Positions 27,819-36,063 of a stretch of DNA of 48,388 nucleotides are shown piece after piece. Source of the DNA: Subdoligranulum sp. APC924/74 (GTDB taxonomy: Bacteria > Bacteroidota > Bacteroidia > Bacteroidales > Bacteroidaceae); NCBI GenBank assembly GCA_963600595.1, contig CAVCCB010000001.1, forward strand, positions 1 through 48,388, given 5' to 3'. The first letter of the stretch is position 1. Each line of letters opens with the position of its first letter. A model generated the notes under the pieces. That model worked only from the letters and a program-made list of their open reading frames with translations, was not told the origin of the DNA and made no database searches. A program made the position numbers and the translations under genes.

Positions 27819-28076
27819 TTATTTCTTTCTGTTCTTGCTCACGAAGTCGGCGATGCAGGCTACGCTCTTGAAGATTTCCTTGCCGGCAGCGGGACTTTCC
27901 AACTTGATGCCATATTTCTTCTCAAGCAAGACAATCAGTTCCAGGGCATCAATGGAGTCCAGACCCAGACCTTCGCCAAAGAGGGCGGCGTTCTCGTCGA
28001 TGTCTTCGGGTGTCATTTCTTCAAGATTCAACACTTTGATGATTTCTTCCTTCAGTTCTTTTATCAGTTCTTCCAT
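27819..28076 (-). CDS. Acyl carrier protein (ACP2, aryl-polyene type)
   Basis: LFGEGLGLDSIDALEL. Confidence 0.92.
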   Translation of the reverse strand: MEELIKELKEEIIKVLNLEEMTPEDIDENAALFGEGLGLDSIDALELIVLLEKKYGIKLESPAAGKEIFKSVACIADFVSKNRKK

Positions 28077-28084
28077 TGTCTTTT

Positions 28085-29788
28085 TTATATTTTTGTGTAT
28101 ATGATTAGTTCTGCTTCATAATGTTGTTCGTCCTCATAGTCTATCCAACCGCCCAATATACTGTTGGTCTTCCTGTCGGCGAACGCTGTTCCCATGATGT
28201 GTTTCATCTGCCTTTCGTCCCGTTCCGGCAATATGTAGAACGAGGTCTCGCCATGATAGCCGTTGCGGATGGCTATCTCGCCCGTTACGATGTTGGGCAG
28301 GGTATAGACGAAGACGGACGGACTGGGGAAATAGTTTTCCGTGTCCTTGATAGACTCAAGGTATTTCTTGTCGGAATAGATGGAGGAGGAATGGTTGAAG
28401 AGAATCACAGCCCTGTCATCGCATTCCGTGAATCTCTCTTTTCCTTCTGTCTGCAGCAATAGCTCCGATGCCACGAAACCGAGACGGCTGAGTCCGTCCA
28501 TCTTGTAATATTTGGGATAGTTGCCGATATGCTGCTTATATAAATAGGTAAGCAGGTCGGCGCCTTCTGCATCTGCATCGAGTTGCTTGCCGTCTATCGA
28601 GACTCCTGCGGGCGACAGACTTACCTTGTGTGCCTGTACGATGTTGGGTTCTTGACCTTGGGATGCATCGACATTTCCTGCGTACTTTGTCGCCAACAGG
28701 GTGGCGTTGCATCCTCCGAAACCTGACAGCATCTTTACGAAGCTGTGCTTGTCGGTGGGGCGGTTGTGTGCCGAGATGTTTACCTTCCCCGAGACCCCCA
28801 ATTCCTCAAAACCTCTGGTGCCGAGGAGGGTGTGGTCATCGGTCGCCTTCATGCTGATGATGGTCTCCAAGATGCCCGCAGCTCCCAAGGTGTGCCCGAA
28901 ATATCCCTTCAGGGCATCGGCGGGCACGTCTGACAGACCAGCCCTGCCGATGGCTATGGACTCCATTTGGTCGTTGAACAGGGTGGCTGTGCCGTGGGCG
29001 TTGACAAAGGCGAGTTGTGTCTTGTCCACGTTTTGTAGCGTTATTTCCAATGCCTGGTACAGTCCCTCCGCTGTCTTTGACGGGGCACTGATGTGAAAGG
29101 CATCGTTCCTTACGCACCCCTTGCCAATCCACCAGTTGTCGGCTTCCATCTGTTCCTTGCCGAGTACAACGGTGGCGGCAGCCTCTCCCAAGTTGAGACC
29201 GAACCGCTCCATGTCGAAGGGACGGCATGGCTCTGTAGACAAGGCTTTCAATGACTGGAAGCCTGAGATGATGAAGCGGTCGGGACAGTCTGCCCCGCAT
29301 ACCACTGCGTACTCATACTCGCCCTGCTCCAATAGTCGGGATGCCAATATCATGGCAGCCGAGCCGGAGATGCAGGCATTACAAACCACGATAGGATCTG
29401 TCGTGAAGCCGATCCTCATGGCTATCTTCTTGGCTGAGGTGGCCAAGCTGGGAGCCTCTCCCTTTGCCAAGGAGAGTTGTTCTATCGAGCCTTTGGTGGA
29501 GCTGAGGATGAAAACGGCAGTGGACGGGCTGATATCGATGCCTGCAGCTGCGATAGCCTTTCTCGCCGAGGTCATCGCCAGGCGTTCGAAATGCGTCAGA
29601 CTGTCGTCAGGGGCAAGCATTGCTGACTGTTCGTCGGACAGCAAGGCTGCCGTGAACACATGAGGAATGCCCCTGCTGCCGGCTGCATATTCCCGAATCC
29701 CCGACTTGCCCGACTTGACCGCCTGGTAGTTGGCTTCGGATGTGTCACCCAATGGCGAAATGATGTTGTCTGCTATAACGTATGCCAT
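28085..29788 (-). CDS. Beta-ketoacyl-ACP synthase fused to a KS-like partner domain
   Basis: NACISG, NAHGTAT, GHTLGAAG, SGFGG; C-terminal YPKYYKMD...SPSVFVYTLPNI domain; start at MAYVIAD. Confidence 0.88.
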   Translation of the reverse strand: MAYVIADNIISPLGDTSEANYQAVKSGKSGIREYAAGSRGIPHVFTAALLSDEQSAMLAPDDSLTHFERLAMTSARKAIAAAGIDISPSTAVFILSSTKGSIEQLSLAKGEAPSLATSAKKIAMRIGFTTDPIVVCNACISGSAAMILASRLLEQGEYEYAVVCGADCPDRFIISGFQSLKALSTEPCRPFDMERFGLNLGEAAATVVLGKEQMEADNWWIGKGCVRNDAFHISAPSKTAEGLYQALEITLQNVDKTQLAFVNAHGTATLFNDQMESIAIGRAGLSDVPADALKGYFGHTLGAAGILETIISMKATDDHTLLGTRGFEELGVSGKVNISAHNRPTDKHSFVKMLSGFGGCNATLLATKYAGNVDASQGQEPNIVQAHKVSLSPAGVSIDGKQLDADAEGADLLTYLYKQHIGNYPKYYKMDGLSRLGFVASELLLQTEGKERFTECDDRAVILFNHSSSIYSDKKYLESIKDTENYFPSPSVFVYTLPNIVTGEIAIRNGYHGETSFYILPERDERQMKHIMGTAFADRKTNSILGGWIDYEDEQHYEAELIIYTKI

Positions 29789-29799
29789 TTCTGCGCTTG

Positions 29800-30249
29800 T
29801 TATTCCACGTTTTTCACTTCCCACTCCTCGCTGACCTGTCCCCAGCGCTTCTTCCATTCCAGATAGAACTCCGGGTTGCTCCATACCAACTGGTAGTCCT
29901 TGTCCATAAATACCTGCACGGAGTGCCCCGTGGCAATGAGACTCTCGTCTTCGGGGTCATGTATCTCGTAATCGAAGACGATCTTGGCAGCCACTGTGGG
30001 ACGATAGATGATGTCGATGCGGGGCTTCATGCCATATCTGATGGGCTTCTTGTAATGGAAGGTGAGTTCTACCAACGGCGCGAAATAGCCGTGGTCGAAG
30101 AACCCCATATAGTCCAGCCCGTACTTGGCTCCAAACGCCTCGCGGGCATCCTCGAAATAGAGGGGATAGGATCCGTGCCAGACCACATTCATAGAGTCTA
30201 CCTCACTGAACCTTATCTCAAATGTCTTGGATTCTTTTAGTTCTTTCAT
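29800..30249 (-). CDS. Acyl-ACP/CoA thioesterase (4HBT/YbgC hotdog family)
   Basis: IRFSEVDSMNVVWHGSYPLYFEDARE. Confidence 0.9.
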   Translation of the reverse strand: MKELKESKTFEIRFSEVDSMNVVWHGSYPLYFEDAREAFGAKYGLDYMGFFDHGYFAPLVELTFHYKKPIRYGMKPRIDIIYRPTVAAKIVFDYEIHDPEDESLIATGHSVQVFMDKDYQLVWSNPEFYLEWKKRWGQVSEEWEVKNVE

Positions 30250-30713
30250 CTTTTTTTCTCCATCTCTTTGACGGCAATTTTCATTTCTGTCCTGACGAGT
30301 TCCTTATCATTGCATGTGATGAAGGCTTCCGCTAACGTCATGCCAAATACTTCCTCTTTCACCTCAACGTTTGTCGTGATCACATCTCCCACCTGGGGTA
30401 ATTCTTTTATCTTGAAATCACGCACTGCACCAATGAACCCCAACTGGATGCCTTTCTTCAGGATGTACTTGTTGACATACCCGATGCGGGCGGCGCAGGT
30501 CTGGGCGATGTTTTCCATTAGTCCCGATGCCGTGAAGCGTCCGTTTTCCACAAAGATATTGGCAGCTTTAACTTCCGTCTCCGTCACCGTGAGCGTCTTG
30601 TCGAAATGCACTAAGGTGCCTATCATCACAAAAGGCTCTTGCTGCGGCAGCAGCTCGTGGATGTCTATCTGCCTGAGGCCTTGCTCCGTGGGATGCTCTG
30701 CGTCGAAATTCAT
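30246..30713 (-). CDS. Hotdog-fold dehydratase (ApeP-like)
   Basis: LLPQQEPFVMI, GLMENIAQTCAA, GFIG; alternative start at 30737. Confidence 0.82.
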   Translation of the reverse strand: MNFDAEHPTEQGLRQIDIHELLPQQEPFVMIGTLVHFDKTLTVTETEVKAANIFVENGRFTASGLMENIAQTCAARIGYVNKYILKKGIQLGFIGAVRDFKIKELPQVGDVITTNVEVKEEVFGMTLAEAFITCNDKELVRTEMKIAVKEMEKKR

Positions 30714-30737
30714 TGTTCTGTTTCCTTTAGGGGGCAT

Positions 30738-31613
30738 TCATGCCCAGAAGTCATAAAAGTTATACCATTGGGTAGGGTAGAGGCGAATGATGTGCTCAAG
30801 GGCTGCCGCATAGCTGTCTGCCAACTGTTGCATCTGTGTCTTGCGGGGAGCGTCCTTGTCGTAGTCGAGGGCATCCACATATGCCGTATAGGTCTTGGTG
30901 GATGTCTTCATGACGTTGACGGCGATGGTGTCCATGCCCCTCATCGTTGCCACGGAGAAGGGACCCATGGGGAGCCTTGCCTCTGCGCCGAGGAAGTTGA
31001 CCTTGATGGTCTTCGTCGAACCGACGATACGGTCGGCGGGCATGCTCACGGTCTCGTTGTCTGCGAGTGCCTCGTTGATGAGGAAGAGGTGGCTCATGTC
31101 GGGCTGCACGGGAATCATGCGGATGTTGTTCTTGCCCAACTGTTCCTTGCGCCCTTCCATGATGGTGGCTTTCTCGCCGCCATAGACCAGGGCGTTGAAA
31201 CGCTTGCATTTTGCCTGCAGGTTGTAGCCTGCCGCCTCGTAGCAACCGATGTGTGAGCTGAACTGCACGAAGCCCTCTTCCTGTTCTGCCAGGCGCTGGA
31301 AGTGCTCATAGCCCTCCACCTTCACGTCGAAGTGCTTGCCGGCGAACATGGCGAAGCGGTCTATCACCACCTGCCCGAATCGGTAATGGTTCACATAGGT
31401 CGCCCATGCCGCCCTCAGCCTTCCGTAGCCTATGCGCTTGCGGAAATAGCGATATGCCGTGGTGCGGCTGTGGTTGGTGTTCAGGAGCAGACAGGTGGGC
31501 ATGATGATGAGCATGATGAGCAGGTACAGCAAGCGTATGTCCAACACTTGCAGTGACCCTATCAGCCAGCGGTGCATCCAGGTGGTACCGAATGTCGTGT
31601 TCTGTTGACTCAT
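30738..31613 (-). CDS. LpxL/LpxP-like acyltransferase
   Basis: FGQVVIDR, SHIGCYE, MPADR, YPTQWYNFYDFW. Confidence 0.88.
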   Translation of the reverse strand: MSQQNTTFGTTWMHRWLIGSLQVLDIRLLYLLIMLIIMPTCLLLNTNHSRTTAYRYFRKRIGYGRLRAAWATYVNHYRFGQVVIDRFAMFAGKHFDVKVEGYEHFQRLAEQEEGFVQFSSHIGCYEAAGYNLQAKCKRFNALVYGGEKATIMEGRKEQLGKNNIRMIPVQPDMSHLFLINEALADNETVSMPADRIVGSTKTIKVNFLGAEARLPMGPFSVATMRGMDTIAVNVMKTSTKTYTAYVDALDYDKDAPRKTQMQQLADSYAAALEHIIRLYPTQWYNFYDFWA

Positions 31614-31644
31614 CCCTTTTCGTTCTTCCCTCTTCCCTCTTCAC

Positions 31645-31887
31645 TTATCCGACTTTGCTCTCAATGTAGTCGCAGAACTGTGTCAGGGTGCTGACACCCT
31701 GCATCTCCTCGGGCTTGATCTTGAAGCCGAAGTTCTTCTCTACGATCACTACTATGTCTACGAAGTCAAGGCTGTCGATGCCGAGGTCGTCTTTCAACTT
31801 CGCCTCGGGAGCAATCTTGTCCTCGTCGATCTCCAGGTCCTCAATGAGGAAGTTTCTTACTTTCTCTTCAATTTCTTTTCTTTCCAT
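31645..31887 (-). CDS. Acyl carrier protein (ACP1)
   Basis: DDLGIDSLDFVD, 80 aa, acidic. Confidence 0.92.
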   Translation of the reverse strand: MERKEIEEKVRNFLIEDLEIDEDKIAPEAKLKDDLGIDSLDFVDIVVIVEKNFGFKIKPEEMQGVSTLTQFCDYIESKVG

Positions 31888-31918
31888 TTTTATGATTTAA
31901 TGATGATGTTTTTATTCT

Positions 31919-33016
31919 TCACTCTTCCCTCTTCACTTCCAGAATCGTGTGCCCCTGTCCGATGCCGTCGTGGATGGCAACGACCTTCAGTCCGGCGCGG
32001 TTCACCTGCTTGATGAGGTCGTCGGAATGATACATCTTACTGTTGCCGTTTGCCATGACGGTGAAGTAGACGCTGGTCATGGTGAGGCACAGGGATGCCG
32101 GCTCATATTTCTGGCGGTCCCAGAATGTCTCCATAATATATAAGGTGGTGTTTGGATTCATCACCTTGGCGGCACGGGAGAGGATGCTGAAGATTTCCTC
32201 CTCGGAGAAGCAGTCGAGGAACTGGCTCATCCAGATGGCGTCCCAGTTGCCGGAAGGAAGTTGGTTGCGCTGGTCCAGGATGTTGGTGGCGTGGTTGTGG
32301 ATGCGCTCGGCACCTTCCTTCCCCTCGATGTTTTTCTGCATCATGCCAATCTGACCGGGCAGGTCGACTATGGTGACGTCCACGTCCCTGTCGTAGCTCA
32401 CGCAGCGCAGGGCGAAGCGGCCGGTGTTGCCGCCTACGTCCATCAGTTGCTTGGGATGTTTCCCGAAGACAATCTCCAACGCCTTGTCGAACGAGTGGTC
32501 GCTATAGAAATGGTCAAAGCCGAACCAGCTCTTCTGTACTTGTGGGTCGAGCTGAGAGAGTCCTTCGTAGATGGTAGGCCAGTCACCGAGTGTCTTCAGT
32601 CCCGCTGGCTTGCCCTCCTTGAGTGCCTCATCGAGATAGTACATGCCCCGGTAGTTCACGTCGTGGTTGAGGTCGAGGTTCACCCGGGTGGCAGGGTCAT
32701 TGAGCAGGAACCATCCTGTCTTGGAGATGGTATACTTGTCGGTGTTCTTGTCTATGAGTACGGTACCAGCACTCAGTGAGGCTTCCAGCAATATCTTGAG
32801 GGCATATTCTGAAAGTTCAGTCTTTTGTTGTAACTCGGCAAGGGTCAGTCCGTCCATGCTGTCAAGCAACTCTTTCAGTATTCCCAATTTCACCATGAGG
32901 CGCGACACCTGGAAGATGACAGGCCCCCAGGCAATGTATTCCGCCAGGCGTTGTGCCTCGCGGGCGGAATACTGTTCCTGAGTGTATCTGTCGCTTTCTG
33001 ACTTGAATAGATTCAT
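31919..33016 (-). CDS. Class I SAM-dependent methyltransferase with N-terminal dimerisation domain
   Basis: MDVGGNTG, IVDLP, WMSQFLDCF. Confidence 0.88.
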   Translation of the reverse strand: MNLFKSESDRYTQEQYSAREAQRLAEYIAWGPVIFQVSRLMVKLGILKELLDSMDGLTLAELQQKTELSEYALKILLEASLSAGTVLIDKNTDKYTISKTGWFLLNDPATRVNLDLNHDVNYRGMYYLDEALKEGKPAGLKTLGDWPTIYEGLSQLDPQVQKSWFGFDHFYSDHSFDKALEIVFGKHPKQLMDVGGNTGRFALRCVSYDRDVDVTIVDLPGQIGMMQKNIEGKEGAERIHNHATNILDQRNQLPSGNWDAIWMSQFLDCFSEEEIFSILSRAAKVMNPNTTLYIMETFWDRQKYEPASLCLTMTSVYFTVMANGNSKMYHSDDLIKQVNRAGLKVVAIHDGIGQGHTILEVKREE

Positions 33017-33050
33017 CGTATGTTTGGCTGATATGGTCCTTATTTATATT

Positions 33051-33653
33051 TTACCTGTTCCCCAAGAAATTCCATCCTAAGGTAACGAAAAATGAGAAGA
33101 GATTTCCATCGTTCTCGTAGTATCCGTCCTTATTATAGAACAGATTGTCCTTCATACCCCAATCAATACCAAGGTTCAAGCCTACCTGCTTATAGTTGAC
33201 ACCAACGCCGAAACGCAATCCATAATCGACTTTGTCGAAGCCGAAATTATACGCTGCGAAGGGACCGCCGAAGGGATTGATGCCCAAATCGTAGGTGGGA
33301 TAGAAATGATACGAAATAAGTGCTGGCACTAATAACGAGAAGTTGTTCTGGGTGTACCTGCGGCTACCATCCCTCACATCCACTCCTCGATTGGAACCAT
33401 AGAGCCCTGTCTCCAAATAGAGGGGCTTACTGTTCAACCTTACGTCGAAGTTAACGCCGCCCATAAACGACTGGCAGTTGCGGTCGCTATGACCGTCCAA
33501 GTGGAAGTCGTGCCTTACGTTGGTCTCTGCATATCCAACCCTTACACCCAAATGATACTTAGGAGCCTCTTCCTGCTCCTGTGCGCTTGCAGTCAGAAAG
33601 CCTCCCATGAGGAGACCGAGGCAAGCTACCCAATTCAACATGTTTTTTCTCAT
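33051..33653 (-). CDS. Small outer-membrane beta-barrel protein (OmpA-TM/PorT-like)
   Basis: Signal peptide, GVRVG, alternating aromatic strands, C-terminal FFVTLGWNF; visibly more AT-rich than its neighbours. Confidence 0.75.
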   Translation of the reverse strand: MRKNMLNWVACLGLLMGGFLTASAQEQEEAPKYHLGVRVGYAETNVRHDFHLDGHSDRNCQSFMGGVNFDVRLNSKPLYLETGLYGSNRGVDVRDGSRRYTQNNFSLLVPALISYHFYPTYDLGINPFGGPFAAYNFGFDKVDYGLRFGVGVNYKQVGLNLGIDWGMKDNLFYNKDGYYENDGNLFSFFVTLGWNFLGNR

Positions 33654-33672
33654 ACCCTAAATTTTATAGTTG

Positions 33673-34902
33673 TTATTCATTGATTTTCTTGATGACCAGC
33701 GCCGAGTTGGTGCCGCCGAAGCCGAAGCTGTTGCTCAGCACGGTTTTGATTTCTGTCTCCACGGTCTTGGTGGCGAGATTGAGCTTTTCTGAGTGTTCGT
33801 CGGGGTTCTCGAAGTTGATGTTGGGAGCCACGAAGTTGTTCTGCATCATCAGCGTGCTGTATACGATCTCCGAGGCACCAGCCATCCAGCACTCGTGTCC
33901 CGTCATACCCTTGGTGGAGGAGATGAGTGCGTGCTTGCCTTGGAACATTCTGCTGAGGGCTATCGCCTCGTACATGTCGCCCTGTGGCGTACTGGTGGCA
34001 TGGGCATTGATGTAGTCGATGTCGTCTGTCTCCATCCCTGCGCATTTCAGGGCGCGGGTCATGGCGATGACGCTGCCGCCGTCGGAGGGCTGGCTGATGC
34101 CGCCGCCGTTGCTGGAGAAGCCGTAGCCCACCACCTCGGCAAGGATGTTGGCACCGCGTGCCTTGGCATGTTCGTAGTCCTCCAGGACGAGGGATGCCGC
34201 ACCACCGCTCGGTATCAGTCCGTCGCGGTCGCGGTCGAAGGGACGGCTTGCCTTCGTGGGCTCGTCCATGCGGATGGAGAAGGCGTTGAGGGCATCGAAG
34301 GATGCCATCGAGTAGTAGTTGGTCTCCTGGGCGCCGCCGCAGAGCACCATGTCCTGCAAGCCCTGCCGGATCATCATGTAACCCAGTCCGATGGAGTGGC
34401 TGCCGCTGGCGCAGGCGGAGCTGACGGTGAAGTTGATGCCGCGGAGGTGGAAGATGGTGCTGAGGTTCATGGTGACGGTGGAGTTCATTGACTGGAAGAT
34501 GAGGCCGTAGCCCAGCATCGCCGAGTCGTGCTTCTCGTCCATAATATTGGAACACTCGATGACGGGCTTCGCCGACGAGTCGTTGCCGAAGATGCAGCCC
34601 ACCTCGTTCTCCTTGAGATATTCGTCGGAGATGCAGGCTTGCCTGAATGCCTGCACACTTGCCATATAGGCATACTTGGCTTCCTCCGACATACCGGCTC
34701 GGGTATGGCGGTCGAGCATCTGCTTGGTGATGACGGGCTCCTCCACGATGCCTGTCAGGGCAGAACGATAGCCGTATTCCAGTCGCTCGGGCTGGATGCC
34801 GATGCCCGACTTCCCGTTATATAAAGAATCCTTGACGGTATCGAGGTCTGTTCCTAAGCAAGACCAGATGCCCATACCGGTGATGACTACTCTTCTTTCC
34901 AT
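33673..34902 (-). CDS. Beta-ketoacyl-ACP synthase (FabB/FabF family)
   Basis: RRVVITGMG, SACASG, NAHATST, GHECW, NSFGFGGTN. Confidence 0.93.
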   Translation of the reverse strand: MERRVVITGMGIWSCLGTDLDTVKDSLYNGKSGIGIQPERLEYGYRSALTGIVEEPVITKQMLDRHTRAGMSEEAKYAYMASVQAFRQACISDEYLKENEVGCIFGNDSSAKPVIECSNIMDEKHDSAMLGYGLIFQSMNSTVTMNLSTIFHLRGINFTVSSACASGSHSIGLGYMMIRQGLQDMVLCGGAQETNYYSMASFDALNAFSIRMDEPTKASRPFDRDRDGLIPSGGAASLVLEDYEHAKARGANILAEVVGYGFSSNGGGISQPSDGGSVIAMTRALKCAGMETDDIDYINAHATSTPQGDMYEAIALSRMFQGKHALISSTKGMTGHECWMAGASEIVYSTLMMQNNFVAPNINFENPDEHSEKLNLATKTVETEIKTVLSNSFGFGGTNSALVIKKINE

Positions 34903-34929
34903 TATATACGTTCAATATTATATTTTGTT

Positions 34930-35670
34930 TTATAGCATCTGCATGAATGCACTGGGGATGTATGCAGTGCAAGCTGTTATCAGTCCGTCCACCACCACTG
35001 CCACGCGTTGCTGTCCCTGGTATCTCGCCACTCTGCCGGTGACTCCGGCGAACGCTCCGTCGATGACGCGCACCAATTGTCCGGAGGCAAACTTGGGAAT
35101 CTCTACCAACGACATGATGGTGTTGTCGTTCTCTGCCGCACAGATAATCTTCAGACTCTCCATCTGATAGTCGGGAACGATCATGGGCTTCTTCTCCACT
35201 CTGCAGCCCACATGGGCATGGCGATAATAGAAACGAAGGAAGGGGAGGTTGACGTTGTCGTAGACGAATGACTTGATTTGCTCTTCTGTGCCGTGGGCGA
35301 AGAAAATGTTGGGCAAGCGCGACTCTTCCACAACCTTGCGCTTGCCTTTGAACAACCTTACCACAGGAGTGGTTGGATAGAAGGCTGTGATGCCCTTTGC
35401 CACTAAGTAATCGTATGCCTTCTTCTCCCTCCCGTAGGTGGTTCTGAGGGCATACCAATGGGGAATATCTGTCTGTTCCTGCCGATGGGGTGTCGTTCTG
35501 AGAAGAGCGTATCTGGTGGACACCCCAGTTTGTGAACTCTTGGCGGAATCGGAGCCTTGAGCTTCGGGGAGGACGTTGGAGGCAAGTCCAGCGCTGGGAG
35601 CAGCGTCATGGCTGTCTCCGGGTGTGGGAACGTCTTCGGATGCCCACTTTACTACCTTCTTAATCGGCAT
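34930..35670 (-). CDS. upxY: UpxY/NusG-family transcription antiterminator
   Basis: NGN domain (HWYALRTTYGRE, LPNIFF, PMIVP) and KOW motif (GQLVRVIDGAFAGVTG); ~65-aa low-complexity N-terminal extension. Confidence 0.88.
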   Translation of the reverse strand: MPIKKVVKWASEDVPTPGDSHDAAPSAGLASNVLPEAQGSDSAKSSQTGVSTRYALLRTTPHRQEQTDIPHWYALRTTYGREKKAYDYLVAKGITAFYPTTPVVRLFKGKRKVVEESRLPNIFFAHGTEEQIKSFVYDNVNLPFLRFYYRHAHVGCRVEKKPMIVPDYQMESLKIICAAENDNTIMSLVEIPKFASGQLVRVIDGAFAGVTGRVARYQGQQRVAVVVDGLITACTAYIPSAFMQML

Positions 35671-35749
35671 TCACTTTAATTCTAGACAGAATCAGTTGGG
35701 GAAATATTGGCTTTGTGTGTTTGTATACAGCTTGACAATTTTCCGTGTG

Positions 35750-35757
35750 CAAAGGTA
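35750..35757 (-). promoter_or_regulatory. -7 promoter element for the upxY-led cluster
   Basis: caaaggta = TACCTTTG on the - strand, 80 nt upstream of the upxY ATG. Confidence 0.65.
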
Positions 35758-35935
35758 TGATTATTTCTCCAAACAAAAGAAAGAAAAGAATATAAAATGA
35801 AGAAATTGTACTCATTTTGTCTGTTTTTATGGCGGATTTTGGCAAAAATGTATAATTGCCTTAGATGGCTGTGCTTTTTGTTTGCTTGTGCTTTTGGTTC
35901 GTTGTGTCTTTGCCTGGGAGAATGGCGATGTTCGT

Positions 35936-36001
35936 TTCGTTGAGAGAATCGTGGCGTTCGTTGAATAAAGTTGCAGGTGTCGGAAGATAGTCCTATCTTT
36001 G
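35936..36001 (+). promoter_or_regulatory. Promoter of the DUF4353-VTC operon with a candidate LytTR direct repeat
   Basis: TTCGTTGA at 35936-35943 and 35957-35964 (21-bp period), -33 TTG at 35971-35973, -7 TATCTTTG at 35994-36001. Confidence 0.6.
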
Positions 36002-36063
36002 CATCAGAAATTTGGAGCGACAATCATTTGTATTTAAAAAACATATTAATAAGGTAATAGCTT

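Noticed and set aside
35671..36063. Invertible promoter, as at Bacteroides capsule loci
   Set aside because: No convincing inverted repeats flanking the upxY promoter and no recombinase in the window
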